A stretch of DNA of 64,000 nucleotides from an uncultured Marmoricola sp. (GTDB lineage: Bacteria > Actinomycetota > Actinomycetes > Propionibacteriales > Nocardioidaceae): contig CALMLL010000074.1 in assembly GCA_937868075.1 (NCBI GenBank), positions 8,091 to 72,090 on the forward strand, written 5' to 3'. Shown in pieces: positions 28,219 through 37,600 of the stretch. Made by a program: the position numbers and the translations under genes. The notes below the pieces were generated by a model. It searched no databases and was not told the DNA's origin. It saw only the letters and a program-made list of their open reading frames with translations. Numbering within the stretch: the first letter of the stretch is position 1; the number at the start of each line of letters is the position of its first letter.

Positions 28219-28337
28219 CCCCCGAGCTCTGCTGCTGCCCGGCCATACACCGGCCCGGTTCGACGGCGGTGGAGCACCCGACTTCCCACGCATGGCGACG
28301 AGCCGTCGACCGTGCGCACCTATGCGAAGGTTCGATC

Positions 28338-29531
28338 ATGGCTGTGCCCCCACCCACCACACCCGACCATTCCGGCGAACCCGTCTTCAGGCTGCATGAG
28401 GGCGGCAAGATGGAGATCGCCGCCACCGTGGGATTGGCCAACCGCGACGATTTGTCGCTGGCCTATACCCCCGGCGTTGCCCAGGTATGCGAGGCGATCG
28501 CGGCCAACCAGCACCTGGTCAACGACTACACCTGGGTCGGCAACACCGTGGCTGTGGTGACCGACGGCTCGGCAGTCCTCGGGCTGGGCAACATCGGGCC
28601 CCGGGCCGCGATGCCGGTCATGGAAGGCAAGGCGGTGCTCTTCAAGCAGTTCGGAGGCGTCGACGCGGTGCCGATCTGCCTCGACACCCAGGACCCCGAT
28701 GAGATCGTCAAGACCGTGGTCGCGCTGGCCCCCAGCTTCGGCGGGATCAATCTGGAGGACATCTCGGCGCCCCGCTGCTTCGAGATCGAGGACCGCCTCA
28801 AGGAAGAACTCGACATCCCCGTCTTCCACGACGACCAACACGGCACGGCTGTGGTCGCGTTGGCCGCCTTCGAGAACGCATTGACCCTGACTGGTCGGCT
28901 CAACGAGACCACCAGGGTTGTGGTCTCCGGAGCCGGCGCGGCCGGGGTTGCCGTGACCCGCATGCTGCTGGCCTCCGGCGTACGCGACATCGCAGTGGTG
29001 GACCGAGCCGGCGTGCTGCACTCGAGCCGAGACGACCTGCACCCGGCCAAGCGCGCGCTAGCCGAGATCACCGCGGACGTGACCGGCCGGAAGGGCTCGA
29101 TCGCCGAGGTGTTCCCCGGCGCCGATGTCTACATCGGGGTCTCCGGTGGCACGGTTCCCGAAGAGGTCGTGGCCACCATGGCGCCTGAGGCCATCATCTT
29201 CGCTATGGCCAACCCGCACCCCGAGGTGGCGGTGCCGTTGGCGCACAAGTACGCCCGGGTCGTGGCCACGGGTCGCTCCGACTTCCCCAACCAGATCAAC
29301 AACGTGCTCGCCTTCCCGGGGATCTTCCGCGGCGCTTTCGACGTGCGAGCTCGTGCGATCACCGAGGGGATGAAGTTGGCCGCCGCCCAGGCGTTGGCGG
29401 CGCTGGTGGGCAACGATCTGAGTGAGGACTACGTGATCCCCTCACCCTTCGATCCGCGGGTGGCTCCGGCGGTGGCTGCGGCCGTGGCTGAGGCGGCCCG
29501 TCGAGACGGGGTCGCCAAGAAGCACGTTTAG
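28338..29531 (+). CDS. NAD(P)-dependent malic enzyme
   Basis: DLSLAYTPGVA, VVTDGSAVLGLGNIGP, INLEDISAP, FHDDQHGTA, GAGAAG, NQINNVLAFPG. Confidence 0.95.
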   Translation: MAVPPPTTPDHSGEPVFRLHEGGKMEIAATVGLANRDDLSLAYTPGVAQVCEAIAANQHLVNDYTWVGNTVAVVTDGSAVLGLGNIGPRAAMPVMEGKAVLFKQFGGVDAVPICLDTQDPDEIVKTVVALAPSFGGINLEDISAPRCFEIEDRLKEELDIPVFHDDQHGTAVVALAAFENALTLTGRLNETTRVVVSGAGAAGVAVTRMLLASGVRDIAVVDRAGVLHSSRDDLHPAKRALAEITADVTGRKGSIAEVFPGADVYIGVSGGTVPEEVVATMAPEAIIFAMANPHPEVAVPLAHKYARVVATGRSDFPNQINNVLAFPGIFRGAFDVRARAITEGMKLAAAQALAALVGNDLSEDYVIPSPFDPRVAPAVAAAVAEAARRDGVAKKHV

Positions 29532-30793
29532 CTCCGGCTGCCCAGGTCGCGCTGAGCTTGCACCACCGCATAGACCAGGAACCGGATCCCCACTGCCAAG
29601 GCTCGCTCGTCGATGTCGAACTGGCTGGTGTGCAGGGCCGGGCCAGGTGATTCGGCCTCCGGACTGGTCACCCCCAGTCGCGCGTAGGTGCCGGGGATGT
29701 GGTCGAGGTAGAAGGAGAAGTCCTCACCACCCTGGCTCGGTTCGGCCTCGGTGACCGCCTGCTCACCCAGGGCCGCCACCACCGCGCGGGTCACGACCGC
29801 AGTCACCACGGGGTCGTTGACCACCGGTGGGGCGCCGTGGTCTTGGGCGATCTCGGCCTCGACGGGGTAGTCGGCGAGCACCTCGGCCAACGCTTTCTCG
29901 ATCACCGCGGGCGCGGCATCCCAGATCTCGCGGTGCAGGGTCCGGAAGGTACCCACCATCGTGGTTTCAGTGGGGATCACGTTGGGCGCATGGCCCCCGT
30001 CGATCATGCCGAAGACGAGCCGGGCGTGGCCTTCGGCCGACGGCAGTCGTTGGGCCACCAGCGCCGGCAACTCCACCAAGGTCCGCCCGGCAGCCTCGAG
30101 AAGGTCGACGGTGAGGTGGGGGCGTGCCGTGTGCCCACCGGGGCCGCGCAAGGTCACTTGCACCAGGTCGACCGCCGAGGTCACCGCTCCGACCCGGAGG
30201 CCGATCTGGCCCACGGTCAAGGTCGGATCGCAGTGGAGTCCCAAGATCGCGTCCACCTCGTCGAGGGCACCCTCGGCGATCAGGTCGCGGGCGCCTCCAG
30301 GTGCCTTCTCCTCCGAGGGCTGGAACAGCAGTCGAACGGGTCCCACAGCGGGCAGGTCCGGGTCGGTCTCAGCGGCTCGACGTAACGCCTCGAGCGCGAT
30401 TCCGGCGCCCAGGACGATGGTGGTGTGGGCATCGTGGCCGCAGGCGTGCGTGACCCCGGGGACCCTCGATGCGTAGGTGACCGACTTGTGGTCGGGCAAC
30501 GGCAACGCGTCGATGTCGGCACGCAGAGCGATCCTCGGCCCGGCGGCGTCATCGGCCACGTCGCACAGCACCCCGAGTTGTGACGGCGGGATCCGCACCG
30601 GCAGGTGTGCCACCTCCAGGCGGGTGGCGATCGCCGTGGTCGTCTGGTGTTCGCGTTGGCTCAACTCCGGGTGCATGTGCAGTTGGCGCCGAAACGCGAT
30701 CGCCTCTTCGGCGTGGCCCTTGAGCAGGTCGGAGAGGAAGGCATCCAAGGCGGCGTGGTTGGCCGCGGTCAGCGGGGGTAGTGGAGCACGCAC
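29528..30793 (-). CDS. M20 family amidohydrolase
   Basis: LHMHPEL, ALRADIDAL, HACGHDAH, FQPSEE, GGEDF, LHT. Confidence 0.92.
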   Translation of the reverse strand: MRAPLPPLTAANHAALDAFLSDLLKGHAEEAIAFRRQLHMHPELSQREHQTTTAIATRLEVAHLPVRIPPSQLGVLCDVADDAAGPRIALRADIDALPLPDHKSVTYASRVPGVTHACGHDAHTTIVLGAGIALEALRRAAETDPDLPAVGPVRLLFQPSEEKAPGGARDLIAEGALDEVDAILGLHCDPTLTVGQIGLRVGAVTSAVDLVQVTLRGPGGHTARPHLTVDLLEAAGRTLVELPALVAQRLPSAEGHARLVFGMIDGGHAPNVIPTETTMVGTFRTLHREIWDAAPAVIEKALAEVLADYPVEAEIAQDHGAPPVVNDPVVTAVVTRAVVAALGEQAVTEAEPSQGGEDFSFYLDHIPGTYARLGVTSPEAESPGPALHTSQFDIDERALAVGIRFLVYAVVQAQRDLGSRS

Positions 30794-30799
30794 GTGAGG

Positions 30800-31948
30800 T
30801 CAGCCAACTCCCCTCGGGACACCGGACTTGAGTTCGACAACGAGGTTGTCGACCACGTCGCTCAGATTACCGCCGTCGGCGACGACCTGCCGCTGCCGCT
30901 CGTAGCTGGCTCCGTGGTCGAGTACGTCGGCGACTCGCGCCAGATCGTCGGTGCAGCCCAGCATCTCCGCGTGCGGGGCCACTCGCTCGAGCAAGGGTCG
31001 GATCGTGTCCCGCAGGGTCTCGCGGTGACCCTTGTCGTCGACCACGATCTGGGCGTCCAATCCGTATCGGGCGGCCAGCCACTTGTTCTCACGCAGGATC
31101 CAACGAGGCGGGGTGGGTACCTCCTCACCGGCGTCGATGGAGTCCCCGATCCGGCGTACCAGGCACTGGGCGAGGGCGGCGACAGCACTGATCTCGCCCA
31201 TGGTGGCCAGCCCGTCGCACATGCGCAGTTCGACGGTGCCGAACTCCGGATGCGGGCGCACGTCCCACCAGATCTCGCGGATGCCGGCGATCGCTCCGGC
31301 CGAGTGCAGCGAGGAGTACATGTGCGCGAACTCGTCCCAGTCCTTGAGCATGTGCGGGAACCCCGCAGTCGGCATCGCCTCCAGCACCGTCGTGCGCGAG
31401 GACGCCAGCCCGGTGTCGTCGCCCTCGTAGAAGGGGCTGGAGGAGGACAAGGCCAAGAAGTACGGGTGATAGAACATCAGCCGGTTGATGGTGGCGATCG
31501 CCTTATCGGCGCCGTCGACGCCGACGTGGTAGTGGACACTGCAGATCTGGGCGCGTCGAGCGATCCACTGCACTTCGTCGAGTTGGTCGCGATATCTGTC
31601 GTCGGGGGTCAACTCGGCCTTGCGCCAGTCGGTGAACGGGTGGGTTCCACAACTGACCACGTCGAGACCGAGTGAGTCGGCGGCGTCGTGGACGAGATCG
31701 AGGGTGGCTTGGAGATCGGCTTGAGCCTCGGCCGGGGTCGTGCACACATCGGTCACGATCTCGACGGTGTGCTCGAAGGCTTCGTGCTTGACCCGAGGAG
31801 CTCCGCTGGCCAGGGGTGAATCGCTCACGCGCTCGATCACCGCTGAGGCGGCGTTGGCTAGTTGTCGGGTCTGTTTGTCGACGATGAAGAGTTCCACCTC
31901 GACGCCCAGCGTGGACGGCCGCGACGGTTCGAAGCGCAGCTTGCCCAT
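30800..31948 (-). CDS. Carboxylate-amine ligase, YbdK/GCS2 (glutamate--cysteine ligase 2) family
   Basis: TLGVEVE, SCGTHPF, VHYHVG, LALSSSSPFY, WWDVRPHPEFGTVELRMCD. Confidence 0.9.
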   Translation of the reverse strand: MGKLRFEPSRPSTLGVEVELFIVDKQTRQLANAASAVIERVSDSPLASGAPRVKHEAFEHTVEIVTDVCTTPAEAQADLQATLDLVHDAADSLGLDVVSCGTHPFTDWRKAELTPDDRYRDQLDEVQWIARRAQICSVHYHVGVDGADKAIATINRLMFYHPYFLALSSSSPFYEGDDTGLASSRTTVLEAMPTAGFPHMLKDWDEFAHMYSSLHSAGAIAGIREIWWDVRPHPEFGTVELRMCDGLATMGEISAVAALAQCLVRRIGDSIDAGEEVPTPPRWILRENKWLAARYGLDAQIVVDDKGHRETLRDTIRPLLERVAPHAEMLGCTDDLARVADVLDHGASYERQRQVVADGGNLSDVVDNLVVELKSGVPRGVG

Positions 31949-32048
31949 CCGGGTACCTCACCTTCTTTTGCACTTTTTGGCAGCGTATCCATACCCAGGG
32001 GGGTTGTCTGCCCCTCAGCCGCGCCGATGTCCGCCCTAGGCTGGCGAC

Positions 32049-33017
32049 ATGTTCGCTGTGTACGCCGAATCGTTCTCCGCAGACGATCCGTTGGCCGGGC
32101 TTGTGATCGGTGAGCGGCCTGACCCGGTGGCCCCACCAGGGTGGACGACGGTCACGGTCAAGGCCGCCTCGTTGAACCACCACGACCTCTGGTCGTTGCG
32201 CGGCGTGGGGCTGCGCGCCGAAGCGTTGCCCATGATCTTGGGCTGCGATGCGGCTGGGATCGACGAGGAGGGCCGCGAGGTCATCGTGCACGCGGTGATC
32301 GGTGACCCCGACTGGTCCGGTGACGAGACCCTCGACAGCCGCCGTTCACTACTCAGCGAGAGGTACCAGGGAACCTTCGCCGACAAGGTGATGGTGCCGC
32401 GTCGCAACGTGGTGGCCAAACCGGCCGAGCTGACCTTCGCCGAGGCCGCTTGCCTTCCGACCGCGTGGTTGACCGCCTACCGGATGCTCTTCTCCCAGGG
32501 GGCACTCAGGCCCGGCGACACCGTCTTGATCCAAGGGGCTGGCGGGGGAGTGGCGACCGCACTGATCACCTTGGCGCGCGCGGGCGGGCTCACGGTTCTG
32601 GTGACCAGTCGCGACGAAGCCAAGCGGGCCAAGGCGCTCGAACTCGGTGCGCACGGGGCGTTCGAGTCCGGCGCCCGGCTACCGGTCAAGGTCGACGCGG
32701 TGATGGAGACGGTCGGACGGGCGACCTGGAGCCACTCGGTGCGCTCGCTGCGCCCTGGCGGAAAGATCGTGATCTCGGGTACGACGAGTGGGCCGGCCCT
32801 CGACGACGCCGAACTCACCCGGATCTTCTTCCTGCAGTTGCAGGTGATCGGTTCGACGATGGGGACCCGCGACGAACTGGCTCGGCTGGTGAACTTCCTT
32901 CACGCCACCGGGGTCCGACCGCTGATCGATCGTGAGATCCCCATGGAGCAGGCCCGTGATGGGTTCGCTGCCATGGCCGGCGGTGAGGTCTTCGGCAAGA
33001 TCGTGTTCACCCGATGA
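32049..33017 (+). CDS. MDR-family (zinc-binding/quinone) oxidoreductase
   Basis: AASLNHHDLW, LGCDAAG, CLPTAWLTAYRML, QGAGGGVAT, IGSTMG. Confidence 0.9.
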   Translation: MFAVYAESFSADDPLAGLVIGERPDPVAPPGWTTVTVKAASLNHHDLWSLRGVGLRAEALPMILGCDAAGIDEEGREVIVHAVIGDPDWSGDETLDSRRSLLSERYQGTFADKVMVPRRNVVAKPAELTFAEAACLPTAWLTAYRMLFSQGALRPGDTVLIQGAGGGVATALITLARAGGLTVLVTSRDEAKRAKALELGAHGAFESGARLPVKVDAVMETVGRATWSHSVRSLRPGGKIVISGTTSGPALDDAELTRIFFLQLQVIGSTMGTRDELARLVNFLHATGVRPLIDREIPMEQARDGFAAMAGGEVFGKIVFTR

Positions 33018-33685
33018 GGGTGCTGCTCACCGGCGGCGGTTCTGGCATCGGGCGGGCCGTTGCTCGTGCGCTTCTGGCTCGCGGCGACGAGGCGGTGCTG
33101 ACCGCGCGCAGCCAGGAGCGAGCCGATGAAATCGCGGCCGACCTCCCCGGGGCTTCCTTCCTGGTGGCCGATCTGGCCCACCCCGGCACCCTCAACGGCC
33201 TCGGCCGCGACCTCGCTGGACCGGTGGACGCGCTGGTTCACTGCGCTGGCGTGGTCACCCTGGCGCCCGTCGCGCTGGCCCGACTCGATGACTGGCAGCG
33301 CCAACTCGACGTCAACCTGATCTCCCCGGCGGTGTTGACCAGGGAACTCCTGCCGTTGCTTCGCCAGTCCAAGGGGCAGGTGATCTTCGTGAACTCCACG
33401 GCCGGCCTCCAGGCCGGGGCGGGATGGTCGGCGTACGCGGCCAGCAAGTTCGGCCTCCACGCCCTGGCCGACTCCCTCCGAGCCGAGGAGCCAGACATCG
33501 CGGTGACCTCGGTCTTCCCCAGCCGGACCGCCACCCCGATGCAACGGTCGGTGCGTGAACAAGAAGGTGCCCCCTACAACGCCGAGGACTGGATGAGCCC
33601 CGAGTCGGTCGCGACCGCGATCCTCGGAGTCCTCGACCTGCCCTCCGACGCGGCCATCATCGACCTCACCGTGAAGACCCGCTGA
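33014..33685 (+). CDS. Short-chain dehydrogenase/reductase
   Basis: TGGGSGIG, NSTAG, YAASK; ATGA overlap with the upstream gene. Confidence 0.92.
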   Translation: MRVLLTGGGSGIGRAVARALLARGDEAVLTARSQERADEIAADLPGASFLVADLAHPGTLNGLGRDLAGPVDALVHCAGVVTLAPVALARLDDWQRQLDVNLISPAVLTRELLPLLRQSKGQVIFVNSTAGLQAGAGWSAYAASKFGLHALADSLRAEEPDIAVTSVFPSRTATPMQRSVREQEGAPYNAEDWMSPESVATAILGVLDLPSDAAIIDLTVKTR

Positions 33686-33709
33686 CCCGGCCGGTTTCGT
33701 CGGCGAAGA

Positions 33710-33763
33710 CGCGATACTGGAGCCTCACCGGGGTTGCAACCCCGGTGAGGCTCCAACATCGCG
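33710..33763. repeat. 54-bp inverted repeat with a perfect 38-bp palindromic core (33718-33755)
   Basis: TGGAGCCTCACCGGGGTTG|CAACCCCGGTGAGGCTCCA flanked by CGCGAT-AC / AC-ATCGCG, between convergent SDR and GNAT genes. Confidence 0.9.
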
Positions 33764-33845
33764 AGCCCACCCCGCCGTACGTCGACCGCCGTGCCCACTT
33801 CGAGACCCGATCCGCGGCCCCCGAGGAGAGATCCAGGCACATCGG

Positions 33846-34394
33846 CTACAAGGCGATCCAGTACCGCCGCTTGCCATGACGAATGTCCTCAAGCCGCCCG
33901 CCTGCGCCCTCGATGGTGCCCGCCGAGGCAATGTTGGTGTCGTCGCAGGTCAACAGGACCCGATCGAGTCCGAGTCCGCGGGCGAGATCCAGAGCCAATC
34001 GCAGCGCCTCGGTGGCGACCCCGCGCCGACGATCAGCGGGCCGGACGGAGTAGCCGATGTGGCCACCCTCCTCCAGCAGCCAATCGTTGAGCTCGTGGCG
34101 AAGCGACAGTGACCCGAGGAAGCGCTCGCCCTCGACGATGAACAGCTTGGAGTCGGGCACCATCCCCGGTGGGATCACCTGGTCACGTTGGGCCATCTCG
34201 GTGCAGAAGGCCTCGAAACGGGTTCGATCACTCAGGTGGCCGGGCCGGAAGAGGGTGCCGACCACCTCGTCGTCGTCGAGGTCGTCGGGAGCGAGCCCGG
34301 AGCCGTGCATGTATTCACCCAGGGCAGCGAACTCAGCGGCCGCCTCCACCCACGACGCGTGGAAGGAGGGGTGGGGCCGAACCAACTCGATCAT
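33846..34394 (-). CDS. GNAT family N-acetyltransferase
   Basis: LRHELNDWLLEEGGHIGYSVRPADRRRGVAT...LLTCDDTNIASAGTIE. ATG 34394 lies 6 nt after TACTCT. Confidence 0.9.
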   Translation of the reverse strand: MIELVRPHPSFHASWVEAAAEFAALGEYMHGSGLAPDDLDDDEVVGTLFRPGHLSDRTRFEAFCTEMAQRDQVIPPGMVPDSKLFIVEGERFLGSLSLRHELNDWLLEEGGHIGYSVRPADRRRGVATEALRLALDLARGLGLDRVLLTCDDTNIASAGTIEGAGGRLEDIRHGKRRYWIAL

Positions 34395-34445
34395 GGGCGC
34401 AGAGTAGGGACCGGGCGAGAGGTGAGCGAGCGAATTAGGCAAGCT

Positions 34446-34625
34446 TCATTCGTCGTCCGGGTCGTCGAGCCTGGCCAGCCATGTGGCCAGCCGCTCGACA
34501 GCGACCTCGAACTCCGGGTGCACGTCGGTGAACTCGGCGAGGCGGTCGGCCACCCAGCCGAGGGTGACTTCGTCGTCACCTCGCCGCTTGGTCAGTTCCT
34601 CGATACCGCGGTCTGTGAAATACAC
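34446..34625 (-). CDS. DUF6104 family small protein (59 aa; not in ORF track)
   Basis: MYFTDRGIEELTKRRGDDEVTLGWVADRLAEFTDVHPEFEVAVERLATWLARLDDPDDE*. GTG lies 3 nt after the kgd stop, with GGAGG SD inside the kgd end. Confidence 0.85.
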   Translation of the reverse strand: MYFTDRGIEELTKRRGDDEVTLGWVADRLAEFTDVHPEFEVAVERLATWLARLDDPDDE

Positions 34626-34628
34626 AGC

Positions 34629-37600
34629 TCACACCTCCCGAGCCGGCGCGAACGCACCTTCCATGAGGGCTTTCTGCTCCTGCACGTGGCGCTTGAGCTG
34701 GCCCACCGACGGTGAACTGGAGGCCGGACGCGAGACCAACTCGACCGGCAGGTCCAGCAGCGGGAACAAGTACAGCTGGAAGTGCGGTGCCGGGCCCATG
34801 TTGGCGGGCTCGTCCTGAACCCAGCGGATGGCCTTGAGGTTGGGGTAGCGGGCGACCTCGGCCAGCAACTCCTGCTCGGGGCGCGGATACAACTGCTCGA
34901 CGCGAGTGATCGCGGTGGTGGGCGAATCACCTTGGAGCCGCTCCCGCTCGACCATGAGGTCCCAGGTGATCCGTCCGCTGCACAACAGCAGGGTGTCGAC
35001 CTTCTCGGGGTCGGCCACGCTGTCCTTGATCAGCGAGGTGAACGTGCCAGTGGTGAAGTCCTCGGGCATCGAGGCAGCTTCCTTGCGCTTGAGCATCGAC
35101 TTCGGGGTGAAGATGATCAGCGGGTTGTGCTCCTCACCCAGCGCGTGGCGACGCAACAGGTGGAAGTGGCTGGCCGGCGTCGAGGGCTGGGCGACGACGA
35201 AGGCGTCGTCGGCGGCCAACGTCATGAAGCGCTCGATACGACCCGAGGAGTGGTCTGGCCCTTGACCCTCATAGCCATGGGGCAACAACAACACCACGCC
35301 GGACTGCTGGCCCCACTTGGTGGCCGATGAGGTGATGAACTCGTCGATGATCGTCTGGGCGCCGTTGGCGAAGTCGCCGAACTGGGCCTCCCAAAGGGTC
35401 AAGGAGTTGGGTCGCGCGACCGAGTAGCCGTACTCGAAGCCGAGGGCGGCGTACTCGGAGAGCAACGAGTCGTAGACGTAGAACTGCGCCTGGTCCTCAG
35501 AGAGGTTGGCCAACGGCGTCCACTCGTGGGCGTTGTCGCGGTCGATGATCGTGGCGAAACGTTGCACGAAGGTGCCGCGGCGCGAGTCCTGCCCGGCCAG
35601 GCGCACCGGGCGCCCGTCCATGAGCAAGGAGCCGAACGCCAGGATCTCACCGGTGCCCCAATCGATCGGGCCGGCACCGATGGCCGCGGCGCGGCGCTCG
35701 AGCTGCGGTTTGACCTTGGGGTGCACGGTGAACCCCTCGGGTGCGCTGACGTGCGCATCCGCGATCCGCTTCATGGTCTCCATCGAGATGGCGGTGGTGA
35801 AGTTCTCCACGGCCTTCTCGGGGTAGTCCGGGACGGTGGTCCACTCCTTGGGGCCGGCGTCGGTGGCGTCGCGGACCTCGGTGAACACTCGCTCGAGTTG
35901 CTGCTGGTAGTCGCGCAGGGCGTGCTCGGCCTCTTCGATGGTGATGTCGCCACGCCCGATCAGCGACTCGGTGTACAGCTTGCGCACCGAACGCTTCTGC
36001 TCGATCAGGTCGTACATCAACGGCTGGGTGTACGACGGATCGTCCCCCTCGTTGTGACCGCGGCGCCGGTAGCAGACGAGGTCGATAACGACGTCCTTGG
36101 CAAATGCCTGGCGGTACTCGAAGGCCAACCGGGCCACGCGGATGCACGCCTCCGGGTCGTCACCGTTGACGTGGAAGATCGGTGCTTGCACCATGCGGGC
36201 CACGTCGGTGCAGTAGAGCGAGGAGCGCGACGAGGCCGGCGAGGTGGTGAAGCCGACCTGGTTGTTCACGACGAGGTGGATGGTCCCGCCGGTCCGATAA
36301 CCGCGCAGTTGGGAGAGGTTGAGCGTCTCGGCCACGACACCCTGGCCGGCGAATGCCGCGTCTCCGTGGACCAGAAGCGGCAGCACGGGGAAGTCCTCGC
36401 CCTTGTTGAGCATGTCCTGCTTGGCGCGGGCGATGCCTTCGAGGACCGGGTTGACCGCTTCGAGGTGTGAGGGGTTGGCCGCGACCGACACCTTGACGTG
36501 ATCACCGCTGCCGGAGGTGAACACGCCCTCAGCGCCGAGGTGGTACTTCACATCTCCGGAGCCCTGCACCGTGCGCGGGTCGATGTTGCCCTCGAACTCG
36601 CGGAAGATCTGGCTGTAGGACTTGCCCACGATGTTGGCCAACACGTTGAGGCGGCCACGGTGAGCCATGCCGATGCAGACCTCGTCAAGGTGGGCCTCGG
36701 CGGCGGCCTCGCAGATCTCATCGATCAGGGGGATCGTGGTCTCGCCGCCTTCGAGGCTGAACCGCTTCTGGCCGACGAACTTGGTCTGCAGGAAGGTCTC
36801 GAACGCTTCGGCCTGGTTGAGCTTCTGCAGGATCCGCAGTTGCTCCTCACGGGGGGGCTTCTTGTGCGGCTGCTCGACGCGCTCTTGGAGCCAGCGGCGC
36901 TGGTCGGGGTCCTGGATGTGCATGTACTCGATGCCGACGGTGCGGCAGTAGGAGTCGCGCAGGATCCCGAGGATGGTGCGCATCTTCATGAATCGGCGCT
37001 GCTCGCCGCCGAAGGATCCGGTGGCGAACTCGCGATCGAGGTCCCACATGGTCAGCCCGTGCGACTCCACGGCGAGATCCGGGTGGCTGCGCTGGCGGTA
37101 TTCCAACGGGTCGGTGTCGGCCATCATGTGACCGCGCACGCGGTAGGCGTGGATCAACTCCACCATGCGCGCCTGCTTGCCGATCTCGTCGTCGTGACTG
37201 GTGGCGATGTCCTGAGCCCACCGAATGGGCTCGTAGGGGATGCGCAGGGAGCGGAAGATCTCGTCGTAGAAGCCCTCATCGCCCAACAGCAGTTGGTGGA
37301 TACGGCGCAGGAACTCACCGCTCTGCGCGCCCTGGATCACCCGGTGGTCGTACGTCGAGGTCAACGTCATGATCCGAGAGACCGCGTTGCGGGTCAGCGT
37401 CTCCTCCGACGCACCCTGGAACTCCGGCGGGAAGTCCATCGACCCGACCCCGATGATCGCGCCTTGGCCCTTCATCAGGCGGGGGACGGAGTGGTTGGTG
37501 CCGATCGTGCCGGGGTTGGTCAGGCTGATCGTGGTGCCTTGGAAGTCGGTGACCTCGAGCTTGCCGTTGCGGGCCTTGCGGACCAGTTCCTCATAGGCGG

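Noticed and set aside
29528-29531. Convergent genes with overlapping stop codons (also 22644-22647)
   Set aside because: Common in compact high-GC genomes; no evidence for functional antisense regulation.
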